Virus record (IMG/VR): IMGVR_UViG_3300038406_000217
Coordinates: 1-40,018 of that record
Reading direction: 5' to 3' (one strand)
Length of the DNA: 40,018 nt
Source of the DNA: a virus
Lineage: Duplodnaviria > Caudoviricetes
Notes under the pieces: generated by a model
The model's input: the letters and a program-made list of their open reading frames with translations, nothing else
The model's database searches: none
Told to the model about the DNA's origin: nothing
In this document: positions 18,384 through 27,905 of the stretch, one piece after another
Layout: each line of letters opens with the position of its first letter
Numbering within the stretch: the first letter of the stretch is position 1
Program-made: the position numbers and the translations under genes

Positions 18384-18479
18384 GGGGCAGCCCCCTACTC
18401 GAACTACCAGACGGGCTGCCATTCGCAGGTAGCCCAAGGGTCCCGGCCCCTGGCGCCCCCCTTGCCGGGGGCCGGGACC
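18381..18479 (+). terminator. Three tandem hairpins (terminator or mRNA stabiliser)
   Basis: TAGGGGGC-A-GCCCCCTA; GGGCTGCC/GGTAGCCC; GGTCCCGGCCCCTGGC/GCCGGGGGCCGGGACC. Confidence 0.45.
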
Positions 18480-18502
18480 AGCCACAGTAGAGGAGAAGCC
18501 TG

Positions 18503-18949
18503 ATGCCCGGTCTACGTATACGGCTGCTGGCCGACCGGTCCGGCGGCACACCGGCCCGGTCGGCGAACCTGCCAGGTGCCCCGCCGGGCACCTGGCCGCT
18601 GGCTGGTGTGCGGATGGTGGGCGAACCACCCGCGCTATGCCGGCTGCCCACCTCCTGGGTGGCCCGCGGGATCGCCGCAGGGTGGCTGACCGGGGAGGGC
18701 CACCAGGTGGTGACCCGCCCGTCCGGGCCGGCATCCGACCCGTGGCGGCCGGACAAGCTGCCGCACATCCTCCACCACTATTCGGCGCTTGTGCTGCACA
18801 CCATCGACGGTGACCTGCGTTACCGGGTGACCCACCAGCCGGACAAGTACGCGGCCGACGGGGATGACACCACCCCGGTCACCGATGCGGCGTATGCGGC
18901 TGGTGCGACCCGGGTGGACCACTTCTACGGCGTGGAACTGGAGGGCTGA
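18503..18949 (+). CDS. Hypothetical protein
   Basis: RBS GAGGAG; fills the gap in the operon with typical codon usage. Confidence 0.65.
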   Translation: MPGLRIRLLADRSGGTPARSANLPGAPPGTWPLAGVRMVGEPPALCRLPTSWVARGIAAGWLTGEGHQVVTRPSGPASDPWRPDKLPHILHHYSALVLHTIDGDLRYRVTHQPDKYAADGDDTTPVTDAAYAAGATRVDHFYGVELEG

Positions 18950-18952
18950 CCG

Positions 18953-19423
18953 GTGGCGGACTTCGTGTTCAACCGCAGCCTGGGTAGGGTGGCCGAGCTC
19001 GCCGAGCGGGTCAACGCCAGCGACCCCACCGACGCGGTGTTCGTGGTCGCCGCGTTCAACACCAGCGCCACCGACGCCACCCTCAAGGACCTGGACACGC
19101 TCGCCGCGGTGGAGGCCGACGGCAGCACCGCCGAGGTCACCAACTCCGGCTACGCCCGTAAGGTCCTCGACGAAGGTGATGGAGTCACGGTCACCTACGA
19201 CGACACGAACGACCGGGTCGACGTGGACGTGCCGGACCAGACCTGGACCGCGGTCGCCGCGGGTACGGCGTGGACGGATCTGCTGTTCGCCTACGACTCC
19301 AACTCCGCCGCCGGTACCGATACCAACATCGTGCCGATGACGTTCCACGACTTCGCGGTCACCCCGGACGGGTCCGATGTGACCGCCCAGATCGCCACCG
19401 GCGGGTTCTACCGGGCGTCGTAA
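18953..19423 (+). CDS. Putative virion structural protein
   Basis: RBS GGAGG; acidic beta-rich, E.T..GYARK, D..D.TW, FAVTPDGSD. Confidence 0.7.
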   Translation: MADFVFNRSLGRVAELAERVNASDPTDAVFVVAAFNTSATDATLKDLDTLAAVEADGSTAEVTNSGYARKVLDEGDGVTVTYDDTNDRVDVDVPDQTWTAVAAGTAWTDLLFAYDSNSAAGTDTNIVPMTFHDFAVTPDGSDVTAQIATGGFYRAS

Positions 19424-19444
19424 CCCGAGGAGCGGACCCCGCCG

Positions 19445-21571
19445 ATGGCCATCTCAATCCGCGAGGTCGTCACCGATGTGGCGATCTCCACCACCGCGTC
19501 GGTCAGCACCGGAGCCGGCACGCTACCCACCGACCTGCTGCTGGCGGTCGGCATGTCCGAGTTCTACAACCTCGCGAGCGAGGCGTTCGGGCCGCCGACG
19601 GGTGGCGGCTGGACCGTACAGGCCACTGCCGAGCTCGCCGGCGACAACACCAAGATCCGGTTGTGGACGAAGACCGCCCCCGGTGGTGCGACCCAGGTCG
19701 ACCTGGACCCGATGATCGACGAGGGTATCGCCCTGGCGGTGCTCGTGCTCGAAGGTGCCGACCTCGGCGCCCCGGTGGAGGACGCCGACGGCGCCGCCTC
19801 GTCGGCCGCTACCCCGTCAGTGCACGTCGCACCGTCGATCGACCCCACCAGCACCGACGCCCTCCTGTTGTGTGCGGCCGCTTCCGCGGTGTTCGGTGGC
19901 GTCGCCGCCTACACCCCACCGGGTGGCATGGCCGAGCAGTACGAGGTGGGCACCGCCGGCGGGGGCAGCGCCACGTTCACCGCCGCGGTCGAGCAGCTCG
20001 CCGCGGCCGGGGCGACCGGCACCCGGTCGTTCGGCTTCGCCAACAACGGTGTGGCCGGTGTGGCGCTGGCGGTCGCGGTCAAAACCGGCGCCCCGATCAT
20101 CACACCGTCCAAGGTGGCCGACCGGGGCAGCGCCCAAAACCTGACTAGCTCCCAGTCGACGGCCGTGGACCTGCCCGACGGTGGCGACATCGCGGTCGGG
20201 AACGTGTTGATCGCCCGGCTGGCGATGGACAACACGGGCGGCGGCGGCCAGGCCACCACCGTCTCCATCTCGGACCCGCGCGGCAACACGTGGACGGTCG
20301 GTGCCGCAGCCAACCAGGACCCGGGCGCGGCCGCCGCCGGGGTCTCCTGCCGGATCGCCTACTGCGTGGTTGAGAACGCCTACACCGACGGTGATGACCT
20401 GACGGTGGAGTTCGGCAACAACACGGCCGCCGACTCCACGGTGGTGGAGGAGTGGGCGAACATCGACACCGTCGCCCCGGTGGCGGTCGCCCAGGTGACC
20501 AACGCCGGCGCGTCGGCAACCCCGTCGGTGGCGATCACCCCCACCGCCGCCGACCAGCTGGTCTACGCCGCGATCGGCATCGAAGGGCCCGCCGGCGACA
20601 CCTACACCCAGGACACGGACACCACCGACGGCGCCTGGTCCGGGCTGACCAGCCTGTCCACCACCTCCGGCACCGCCGCCGCCAACGCCACCGTCCGCGG
20701 GGCATCGAAGCTGGTCACCACAGCGGGTACCCCGGCTGAGCAGACGTGGAATCCGGGGATCACGTCCCGGGACTGGGCTGCGGTCGCGATCGTGTTCGCC
20801 CCGGCCCCGGGCGTGATCATGGGCGCGGTCGGGCAGGTTGTCGACACGTCAACCGCCCGCACGGTCACCGCCCGGAAGGCCGCCGCAGCCGGCCAGGTCG
20901 CGACCGCCGAGACAGCCCGGCCGGTCACCGCCCGAAAAGCCGCCGCAGCCGGCCAGGTCGCGTCTGTCGAGACGGCCCGGCCGTTCACCGTGACCGGCCC
21001 GCAGGTCATCCCGGTCGGGCAGGCCGTCGAGGACGGTATCGCCGGCGTGGTCGGTACGGCCAAGGCCGCCTTGGTCGGGCAGGTCAACGAGGCGGAGGGC
21101 GCCCAGTTTGTGGGTGTCGCGAAGACCGCCACGGTCGGCGCAGCCACCACCGCCGACCAGCCCCGGCCGGTCGGCGCAGACAAGACCACGACGGCCGGGC
21201 AGGTTACAGCGGTTGACACAGCCCACCCGCTGGCCGCGGTGCGATCCCACCACGTGGAGCTGGCCGGTCAGGCAGACGCGGCCCGGCCGGTCACAGCCGC
21301 TGGCACCCTGGCCGGCACGGTCAGCGGGGTGGTGGACACCGCCACCGCCCAGCCGGTGGTGTGGGCGCCCAAAGCACGGCTGATCACCTTGGCCGTCGAT
21401 GCTTCCACCGCCGCGTTGTTGACCCTGGTCAGCTCGCCAAGCATCGCAGTGATCACCCCCGGCATCCTCACCCCGGCCGGCACCCAACCGACGCTCACCC
21501 CGGCCGGCAGCTCGCCGGCGCTGGCCACCGCCGGCACCTCACCGACGCTGCTCACTGGAGGCCAGCCGTGA
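19445..21571 (+). CDS. Large fibre/adhesin-like virion protein
   Basis: RBS GAGGAG; two related A/T/G/V-rich beta domains plus ~9 C-terminal ~20-aa repeats (GQV.TA.TARPVT). Confidence 0.7.
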   Translation: MAISIREVVTDVAISTTASVSTGAGTLPTDLLLAVGMSEFYNLASEAFGPPTGGGWTVQATAELAGDNTKIRLWTKTAPGGATQVDLDPMIDEGIALAVLVLEGADLGAPVEDADGAASSAATPSVHVAPSIDPTSTDALLLCAAASAVFGGVAAYTPPGGMAEQYEVGTAGGGSATFTAAVEQLAAAGATGTRSFGFANNGVAGVALAVAVKTGAPIITPSKVADRGSAQNLTSSQSTAVDLPDGGDIAVGNVLIARLAMDNTGGGGQATTVSISDPRGNTWTVGAAANQDPGAAAAGVSCRIAYCVVENAYTDGDDLTVEFGNNTAADSTVVEEWANIDTVAPVAVAQVTNAGASATPSVAITPTAADQLVYAAIGIEGPAGDTYTQDTDTTDGAWSGLTSLSTTSGTAAANATVRGASKLVTTAGTPAEQTWNPGITSRDWAAVAIVFAPAPGVIMGAVGQVVDTSTARTVTARKAAAAGQVATAETARPVTARKAAAAGQVASVETARPFTVTGPQVIPVGQAVEDGIAGVVGTAKAALVGQVNEAEGAQFVGVAKTATVGAATTADQPRPVGADKTTTAGQVTAVDTAHPLAAVRSHHVELAGQADAARPVTAAGTLAGTVSGVVDTATAQPVVWAPKARLITLAVDASTAALLTLVSSPSIAVITPGILTPAGTQPTLTPAGSSPALATAGTSPTLLTGGQP

Positions 21572-22248
21572 CCGATGTCGGCGACTGGCGGGTCCCCACC
21601 CTCACCGTGAGTCCCTTTGACGGCACCACCGCCGCCGCGCTGCAGATCGAGGCCCCCGACGGCACCCCCACCGCGCAGACCCCCACCTCGCAAGACGACG
21701 TCCCGGCCGTCGGTACGCAGACGTGGACCGGGCAGGGCTACGAGCTCACCACCCCGGGGGAGTGGATCGAACGGTGGACCGTCACCGGCCAGGGTGCCAG
21801 CAAAGCCCGCCACCTGATCCTGGTCGCCCCCGACCCGGCCGCCCAGCTCACCGGCACCAGGGTGTACGCCACCACCGGCGACTACGCCACCCACCTGCGC
21901 GCGGCCCCACCCACCGGCGCCCGCCGCGCCCTGGCCGAGGCCTCCCGCGACGTCGACGACATGCTGCTGACCGCCGTCTACGACGTCGACGACGACGGGC
22001 TACCCACCGACCCGGCGGTGGCCGCGGCGCTGCGGGACGCCACCGTGATCCAGGCCGACTACCGGCGCGGCCTGGGTGACCCGCACGGCCGGGACGCCGG
22101 CCGGCTGGTCGCCGGGCAGATCGGCTCCGTCTCGGTCACCCGCTCGGGTACCCCGGGTGGGCAGGGCGCCCCGGCGCGGTTCGCGTCGAAAGCCTGGCAG
22201 GTGCTGCAGGTGGCCGGGTTGGTCGGCTACGGCCCGCTGGTGTGGTGA
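21568..22248 (+). CDS. Head-to-tail adaptor-like protein with extra N-terminal beta domain
   Basis: GTGA-coupled, RBS GGAGG; YAT..D...L..ASR.VD..L..A.Y...LRDAT..QA...IGSVS. Confidence 0.7.
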   Translation: MTDVGDWRVPTLTVSPFDGTTAAALQIEAPDGTPTAQTPTSQDDVPAVGTQTWTGQGYELTTPGEWIERWTVTGQGASKARHLILVAPDPAAQLTGTRVYATTGDYATHLRAAPPTGARRALAEASRDVDDMLLTAVYDVDDDGLPTDPAVAAALRDATVIQADYRRGLGDPHGRDAGRLVAGQIGSVSVTRSGTPGGQGAPARFASKAWQVLQVAGLVGYGPLVW

Positions 22249-22598
22249 GCCGAGTGGACTGGGCCGAGTTTCTCGAGCAGCTGCTGCCGGAGCCACACAC
22301 CGTGACCGTCGAGCCGTACGAGGGCGGCGGCGCGTTCGGCGACGTGCACGGGAGCGGGGCCGAGGTGTTCCCGTGCTTCGTCGACCACAAGCGGAAGCTT
22401 GTGCGGGTGCAGACCCAGGACGCCGCCGGCCACGAAGTGGTCTCCTCAACCACCGTGTTCGCGCCGGCGGGCACCGTCGCGCCGGCCGGATCCCGGGTGA
22501 CCCTCGCCGACGGCACCACCTCCCGGGTGCTCGCGGCTGCCGGCCGGGACCCGGCCGGTGCCGACCTGCCCGCCCACGTCGAGCTGAACCTGGAGTAG
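22245..22598 (+). CDS. Head-closure (stopper) protein
   Basis: H.VTVEPY.G.G..G, RKLVR....G.EVVSS, P.GSRVT, H.EL.L; synteny. Confidence 0.7.
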   Translation: MSRVDWAEFLEQLLPEPHTVTVEPYEGGGAFGDVHGSGAEVFPCFVDHKRKLVRVQTQDAAGHEVVSSTTVFAPAGTVAPAGSRVTLADGTTSRVLAAAGRDPAGADLPAHVELNLE

Positions 22599-22603
22599 CA
22601 GCC

Positions 22604-22957
22604 GTGGCCGACGGGCGTGTGGAGATCAGCTGGCACGGTGACGAGATCGCCGCCCAGCTGGCCGGCGCCACCCCCCGCGGGCTGCGCCTGGCCGGCGAGC
22701 ACCTGCTGCAGGTGAGCCGCACCGAGGTGCCGATCGAAGAGGCCACCCTGGAACGTTCCGGGGTTGTTTCGGTGGATGAGACCAAGGGGCAGGCGGCGGT
22801 GTCCTACGACACCTCGTACGCGGTCCGGCAGCATGAGGACATGACCTTGCGCCACCAGGGTGGCCGGAAGGCGAAGTACCTGGAGGGGCCGATGAACGCC
22901 GAGCGGGACACCATGCTCGCGCTGATCGCCGCCGCCGCCCGCCGGGGGCTCGACTGA
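22604..22957 (+). CDS. Neck / HK97 gp10-like minor capsid protein
   Basis: VPIEE.TL.RSG, VSYDT.YAVRQHE, H..G..AKYLE; RBS GGAG. Confidence 0.75.
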   Translation: MADGRVEISWHGDEIAAQLAGATPRGLRLAGEHLLQVSRTEVPIEEATLERSGVVSVDETKGQAAVSYDTSYAVRQHEDMTLRHQGGRKAKYLEGPMNAERDTMLALIAAAARRGLD

Positions 22958-22958
22958 C

Positions 22959-23204
22959 ATGGCCAGGGGCCAGGTCGCGTTCCGGGTGCAGCTAGAGCTC
23001 GGCGAGCCACGGCCCGGGGCCTGGTGTGATCTCTGCCTGCTGCCCCGGGCCGTGGCCTGGCCTCTGTACGGCGTCTACCCGGGTGGGGTGTTCAGCCTGG
23101 GCGAGCTGGTCGCCTGCCCGGTCCACGTGGACGTGCAGGCCGTGACACGCCAGGCGTGCCAGCGGGTCGCCGAGCAGCTACACGGCCGCGTGGTCGAGGG
23201 CTGA
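22959..23204 (+). CDS. Small hypothetical protein (CxxC...CxxH)
   Basis: Starts 1 nt after the previous stop; WCDLC and CPVH. Confidence 0.5.
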   Translation: MARGQVAFRVQLELGEPRPGAWCDLCLLPRAVAWPLYGVYPGGVFSLGELVACPVHVDVQAVTRQACQRVAEQLHGRVVEG

Positions 23205-23287
23205 CCGGCATAGCCGCAGGTGGCAGCGACGTTGATCGTCCACACCAGTCTTTCCGGACGGCGGATATCGATTTCTAATGTGGAGGC

Positions 23288-23743
23288 GTGGCCGTGGGCT
23301 GGACCTCTGATCTGCTGACCGGCCTGGCTGTGCACCTGGCCGCCGCCGCGGTCGGAACCTGGCGGCCCACCGGCGCCTACACCGCCGCCGAGACCGGCAT
23401 CGTGATCCGCGGCATCCCGCAAACCCCGGACCGGCTGATCACCCTCGCCCCCTACCCGCTCGACGGGGGTGAGCACCGGGGGATGGCCGACCACGACACC
23501 GCGGTGCAGATCCGGATCCGCGCCGGCACCGACCCGCGCACCTGTGACGACCTGGCCGACGCCGTCTTCGAGCTGCTCGACTCGCTCGGCAGCGACGGGC
23601 CGGTCAACCTGGGCGGAATCCCGGTGCTCGACATGTGGCGCCAGTCCTACACCTCCCTCGGCGTCGACACCAACGGCCGGTGGGAGCGTAGTGAGAATTT
23701 CTATCTGTTGGCGATGCGCCCCACCGTCAACAAAACCGACTAG
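23288..23743 (+). CDS. Tail terminator (minor capsid protein 3-like)
   Basis: RBS GGAGG; P..PDR.I.L.PY, VQ.R.R, LG.D.NGRWE.S.N. Confidence 0.75.
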   Translation: MAVGWTSDLLTGLAVHLAAAAVGTWRPTGAYTAAETGIVIRGIPQTPDRLITLAPYPLDGGEHRGMADHDTAVQIRIRAGTDPRTCDDLADAVFELLDSLGSDGPVNLGGIPVLDMWRQSYTSLGVDTNGRWERSENFYLLAMRPTVNKTD

Positions 23744-23758
23744 ACTGCATACATAGGA

Positions 23759-23809
23759 CCCCGGCGGGTGCGCTAACACCCCCGGGGCGTGGCCAACCTG
23801 ATGAGAGGT
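23759..23809 (+). promoter_or_regulatory. Structured 5' leader of the HNH gene (hairpin plus RBS-occluding hairpin)
   Basis: CCCCGG..GGTG-CGCTAA-CACC.CCGGGG, then ACCT-GATGAG-AGGT over the SD; TAGACT -10-like hexamer at 23741-46. Confidence 0.45.
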
Positions 23810-23813
23810 CGAC

Positions 23814-24428
23814 GTGTCACAGCGTACCTGCAACCTGGCTGGATGCGACCGCAAGCACTACGCCAAGGACCTCTGCCAGTCGCACTACCGCAGCGCCCGA
23901 AGCCGTGACCCGACGCGGCCACAGTGTACCCAGCAGGGCTGCGATGCGGCGCTCTACGCTCGGGACTGCTGCCGGCGCCACTACTGCGAACGCTATCTGC
24001 CGGGTTACTGGCACCGCTCGGACGTCTCGGCGAAGCACCGAGAGATCAACCGCCGGTACCACCACGCGAACGCAGCTCGGCGCAACCAGCAGACACAGTC
24101 CTGGCGCCAAGCCAACCCGGGCAAGGTTCGCGCCCATCGCGAACGGTGGCGTGCGGCGAATCCCGAACGTACCCGTCAGCTGAGCCGCGAGAACCAGGCC
24201 CGTAGAAAGGCCAGAGCGCTCGCCACGTCGGTTGAGCCGGTTGACTACGCCGCAGTCTTGCACATGCACGGCATGGTCTGTCACCTTTGCCGGCGCCCGA
24301 TCTCCCACCGGCGGTACCTGCACTTCGACCACGTGATCCCGCTTGCCCGTGGCGGTCACCACGTGGCGAGCAACATCCGTCCAGCGCATAGGCGCTGCAA
24401 CCTCCGTAAGGGCAGTCGGCTGGTCTGA
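23814..24428 (+). CDS. HNH endonuclease with N-terminal Cys-rich repeats
   Basis: C..C, HFDHVIPLARGG.H...N...AH..CN..KG; two C....C....YA...C..HY modules. Confidence 0.88.
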   Translation: MSQRTCNLAGCDRKHYAKDLCQSHYRSARSRDPTRPQCTQQGCDAALYARDCCRRHYCERYLPGYWHRSDVSAKHREINRRYHHANAARRNQQTQSWRQANPGKVRAHRERWRAANPERTRQLSRENQARRKARALATSVEPVDYAAVLHMHGMVCHLCRRPISHRRYLHFDHVIPLARGGHHVASNIRPAHRRCNLRKGSRLV

Positions 24429-24467
24429 CTCCCGCACCGACTGAACGACCGACTGAGGAGCCGTGCA

Positions 24468-25232
24468 ATGGCGACCACCCCGACCACCCGCGTGACCCAG
24501 CTGGCCCGCCGCTACCGCATCGACATCGACACCGCCGTCTTCCCCGCGAGCAACTACGTGCAGCTGGTTGGCGTCGAGGACGCGAAGCTGATCGAGGAAC
24601 GGCGGGTCGAGGACGACGAGATGTACGACGACGCCGGTGCGGGGCGGGAGGCTGTCACCGGCTACAGCTGGCGCATCGAGGCGAAACTGGCCTATTCCAC
24701 CAACCTGGCCGGCACCGTGCTCGACACGGTGCATACGTTCCTGCGCGGCAAATTCAAGGCGACCCGGGACTCCTCGGCGCAGGCGGAGGAGTTCGGCATC
24801 CGGTTCTACGACCGGGCCGGCCTGGATGACGGCATGTCCAGCGAGGGCCGCTGCTACGTCAAGGCGTGGACCCTCCCCGGCGGGAAGGGCCGCGACGCCA
24901 TCGACGTCGTGCTGCAGGGGCAGGGGGCGCTGGCCGACATCGTCAACCCGGCCGGGTCGCTGCTCCCGACCGTCACCGGCCTGGACCCGGCCGCCGGCCT
25001 GGAAGCCGGCGGAGAGCTGATCTCCATCTTCGGGCAGCACTATGCGCCCGGTGGTGTGGACGACGTGACCGACGTGGACTTCGGAGCCACCCCCGCCGCC
25101 GGGTGGACGACGATCTCCGACAGCCACATCGTGGCGATCGCCCCCGCCGGCGCCGGCACCGTGGCGGCGCGGGTCACCACCGCCGCCGGCCAGTCCGCAG
25201 ACACCGCCGCCGACAACTACATCTACACGTAG
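24468..25232 (+). CDS. Major tail protein with C-terminal IPT/TIG-like domain
   Basis: RBS GAGGAG; LARR...D, RFYDR, L.GQG; C-terminal PTVT.LDPA.G..AGG..I.I.G...V.FG...I.A.AP. Confidence 0.8.
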   Translation: MATTPTTRVTQLARRYRIDIDTAVFPASNYVQLVGVEDAKLIEERRVEDDEMYDDAGAGREAVTGYSWRIEAKLAYSTNLAGTVLDTVHTFLRGKFKATRDSSAQAEEFGIRFYDRAGLDDGMSSEGRCYVKAWTLPGGKGRDAIDVVLQGQGALADIVNPAGSLLPTVTGLDPAAGLEAGGELISIFGQHYAPGGVDDVTDVDFGATPAAGWTTISDSHIVAIAPAGAGTVAARVTTAAGQSADTAADNYIYT

Positions 25233-25235
25233 CCC

Positions 25236-25784
25236 ATGGCGCGGTTCGACGACCTCGACCGGTACTTCGACCCGGGCCTGACGCTGACGGTACGGGGCAA
25301 GGAGTACGTTCTGCCGCTGCCGCCGGCCGAGCTTGGGCTGTGGTGCCGGCGGGTCGCCGAAGCCGCCGGGGCCGTCAACGCGGCCTCCACCCCGCAGGAA
25401 CTGGAGGCCGCGGTGGGCCGGGTCCACGCCCTGCCGGACCTACCCGGTGACCTGACCCTGCCCGAACGCACACTCGGCGACGCTTACCGCCAGATGGTGG
25501 CTGATGGCGTGCCGGACCCGTACATCACCTTCTGTGGAAACACCGCCTACGTGTGGATCATCGGTGGTGAGCAGGCCGCCGAAGCCTACTGGACCTCCGG
25601 TGGCCGCCCGGAAGCGCTGGGCCCGGGGAACCGGGCCTCACGCAGGGCAGCGGAACGCACTGGCGGGACCAGTACGGCCGTGGCCAGCGGGACGAGGCCA
25701 CCGGCCTCTACGAGTGGTACGAATACCCGGCAGAGGTCACGGAGCAGAGGCAGGGGACACCGGTCTCCTGGGCGCAGCTCCTGA
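25236..25784 (+). CDS. Tail assembly chaperone (G, unshifted)
   Basis: Between MTP and tape measure; L.L...GK.Y..P, LG..Y.QM.ADGV, AE.YW. Confidence 0.8.
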   Translation: MARFDDLDRYFDPGLTLTVRGKEYVLPLPPAELGLWCRRVAEAAGAVNAASTPQELEAAVGRVHALPDLPGDLTLPERTLGDAYRQMVADGVPDPYITFCGNTAYVWIIGGEQAAEAYWTSGGRPEALGPGNRASRRAAERTGGTSTAVASGTRPPASTSGTNTRQRSRSRGRGHRSPGRSS

Positions 25785-25957
25785 CCAGCTGGGCTCTGGT
25801 CGAGCAGGATCTGCACCAGGTGTACAGGATCGACGTCGAGGACCGGGCGCTGATGCGGACCCGGTCCTGGCGGTGGTTGCAGACCCGCATCTTCGGCCTG
25901 CTGAACACGGACAGCCGGTTGCACCGCGCCCTGGCACCCGACCCCGAGGAGAGGTGA
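25607..25957 (+). CDS. Tail assembly chaperone GT extension reached by a -1 frameshift (not in ORF track)
   Basis: -1 frame is open 25571-25957 and encodes GLYEWY...W.LVEQDL...Y.ID...RSWRWL..RI.GLL...SRL; candidate slippery C CCG GAA at 25607-13. Confidence 0.7.
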   Translation, partial: PGSAGPGEPGLTQGSGTHWRDQYGRGQRDEATGLYEWYEYPAEVTEQRQGTPVSWAQLLTSWALVEQDLHQVYRIDVEDRALMRTRSWRWLQTRIFGLLNTDSRLHRALAPDPEER

Positions 25958-25964
25958 GGCGCCG

Positions 25965-27902
25965 GTGGCGCTGAAACTGGGTGAACTGGTCGCCTTCATC
26001 ACCATCGACGGCGACGAGTTCGATCGGCGGCTGGCCCGGGCGCACGACGACTTCGAGGGGTTCGGCGGCAAGATGCAGGTCGCCGGGGCGGCGGCCGGCG
26101 CCGCGGCCGGGGCGGCGCTGGCGGTCGGGCTGGTCGGGCAGCTGGACTACACCGCGGCCAACGACAAGCTGGCAGCCCAGTTGGGTTCCACCCCGGCCGA
26201 AGCCCAGCGGCTGGGTGAGATCGCCGGGGACCTGTGGGCCGGCGCCTGGGGCGAGTCGATGCCCCAGGTGAATGAGGCGATCCGCTCCGTGGTGCAGAAC
26301 ATCGACGGGATGCGCGGGGCGAGCGACGAGGCGCTGCACGACATCACCGCCAAGGCGATCGACCTGGGCGCCACCTTCGACCAGGACATCGGGCAGACCT
26401 CCCGCGCCGCCGGGAAGCTGATCAAAACCGGGCTGGCAAAAGATGCTACCGAGGCGCTCGATCTGCTGACCCGCGGCTTCCAAACCGGCGCCAACGAAGC
26501 CGACGACCTGCTCGAGACGGTCTCCGAATACTCCACCATGTTCCGCGACCTGGGCCTGGACGGGCAGCAGGCCTTCGGCCTGGTATCCCAAGGCCTGCAG
26601 GCAGGCGCGCGGGACGCCGACACCGTCGCCGATGCGATCAAGGAGTTCGCGATCCGCGCCCAGGACGGCTCCGAGCTGTCCGCAGCCGGGTTCAAAACCC
26701 TGGGTCTGTCCGCTAAGGACATGACCGCGGCGGTCGCCGCCGGCGGCCCCGCCGCAGAGCAGGCCCTCGGCACCACCCTCGACCGGCTACGTGAGATCGA
26801 GGACCCGGCTAAGCGGAACGCCGCCGCCGTGGCCCTGTTCGGTGCGAAGGCCGAAGACCTGGGCGATGCCCTGTTCGCGCTGGACCTGGACACCGCCGCC
26901 GACCAGCTCGGCACCGTCGACGGCGCAGCGGCCAGGATGGGTGAGACGCTGAACGACAACGCCAAAGTGCAGCTGGAATCGCTGAAACGCCAGGTGCAGC
27001 AGGTGTTGATCGACAAGATGGCCGCCGCCGTGCCGCACCTGCAGGCGGTCGGCACCTGGATGGCCGAGCACAAGGCGATCGTGGTGCCGCTTGTCGGCGT
27101 CCTCGGAACGTTCGCCGCGGTCATCGCAGTGATCACCCTGGCGACCAAGGTGTGGACGGTCACCCAGGCCGCGCTCAACGTGGTGATGCTGCTCAACCCG
27201 ATCGGGCTGATCGTGCTCGCCATCGTCATACTGATCGGCATCATTGTGCTGATCGCCACGAAAACCACCTGGTTCCAGACCCTGTGGAAGCACGCCTGGG
27301 GTGGGATCAAGGCGGCCGCGTTGGCGGTGTGGAACTGGCTACGATCAGTGTGGCCCATGGTCTTCGACGTGCTGACCGGCCCGACCCGGCTGGCGCTGAA
27401 GGTGATCACCGGGGTGTGGCGTGCGATCAAGGGTGGCGCTTCGGCCCTAGTTGGTTGGCTGGTCAACCGGTTCATGGCGATGGTGTCCTTTGTGACCGGG
27501 CTACCCGGGCGGATCCGCCGCGCCGCCGCCGGCATGTGGGACGGCATCCGCGACGCCTTCCGCAGCGCAGTCAACTGGATCATCAGCCGGTGGAACAACC
27601 TCAGCTTCACCCTACCGTCGGTGACCGTGATGGGCCTCACGTTCGGCGGATTCACACTGTCCACACCGAACATCCCGCATCTGGGCGCCGGCGGACGGAT
27701 CGTATCCTCCGGCCTGGCCGTGGTCGGGGAGCGTGGCCGGGAGCTGCTGCACCTGCCCCGCGGCGCCGCCGTGCAGCCGCTGCCCGCCGGCGGCGGCCCT
27801 GGCATCATCCGGATCCTGCTACGCGGCGACGGGATCCTCCGTGGGCTGCGGGATGAGGTCGCGGTGCAGGGTGGCAACGTGCAACTGGTCCTCGGCGGCT
27901 GA
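25965..27902 (+). CDS. Tape measure protein
   Basis: 645 aa, helical and Ala-rich; DLLET..EYS, GARD.D.VADAIKEF, ALFG.KAEDL, hydrophobic/W-spaced C-terminal half, VGERGRELL.LP. Confidence 0.9.
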   Translation: MALKLGELVAFITIDGDEFDRRLARAHDDFEGFGGKMQVAGAAAGAAAGAALAVGLVGQLDYTAANDKLAAQLGSTPAEAQRLGEIAGDLWAGAWGESMPQVNEAIRSVVQNIDGMRGASDEALHDITAKAIDLGATFDQDIGQTSRAAGKLIKTGLAKDATEALDLLTRGFQTGANEADDLLETVSEYSTMFRDLGLDGQQAFGLVSQGLQAGARDADTVADAIKEFAIRAQDGSELSAAGFKTLGLSAKDMTAAVAAGGPAAEQALGTTLDRLREIEDPAKRNAAAVALFGAKAEDLGDALFALDLDTAADQLGTVDGAAARMGETLNDNAKVQLESLKRQVQQVLIDKMAAAVPHLQAVGTWMAEHKAIVVPLVGVLGTFAAVIAVITLATKVWTVTQAALNVVMLLNPIGLIVLAIVILIGIIVLIATKTTWFQTLWKHAWGGIKAAALAVWNWLRSVWPMVFDVLTGPTRLALKVITGVWRAIKGGASALVGWLVNRFMAMVSFVTGLPGRIRRAAAGMWDGIRDAFRSAVNWIISRWNNLSFTLPSVTVMGLTFGGFTLSTPNIPHLGAGGRIVSSGLAVVGERGRELLHLPRGAAVQPLPAGGGPGIIRILLRGDGILRGLRDEVAVQGGNVQLVLGG

Positions 27903-27905
27903 ACG

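Noticed and set aside
23798-23805. CTGATGAG hammerhead ribozyme core
   Set aside because: No downstream stem II plus GAAA; better explained as the loop of an RBS hairpin
25504-25974. ORF-track 156-aa ORF as the chaperone T segment
   Set aside because: Wrong frame; the conserved-looking extension lies in the -1 frame ending at 25957
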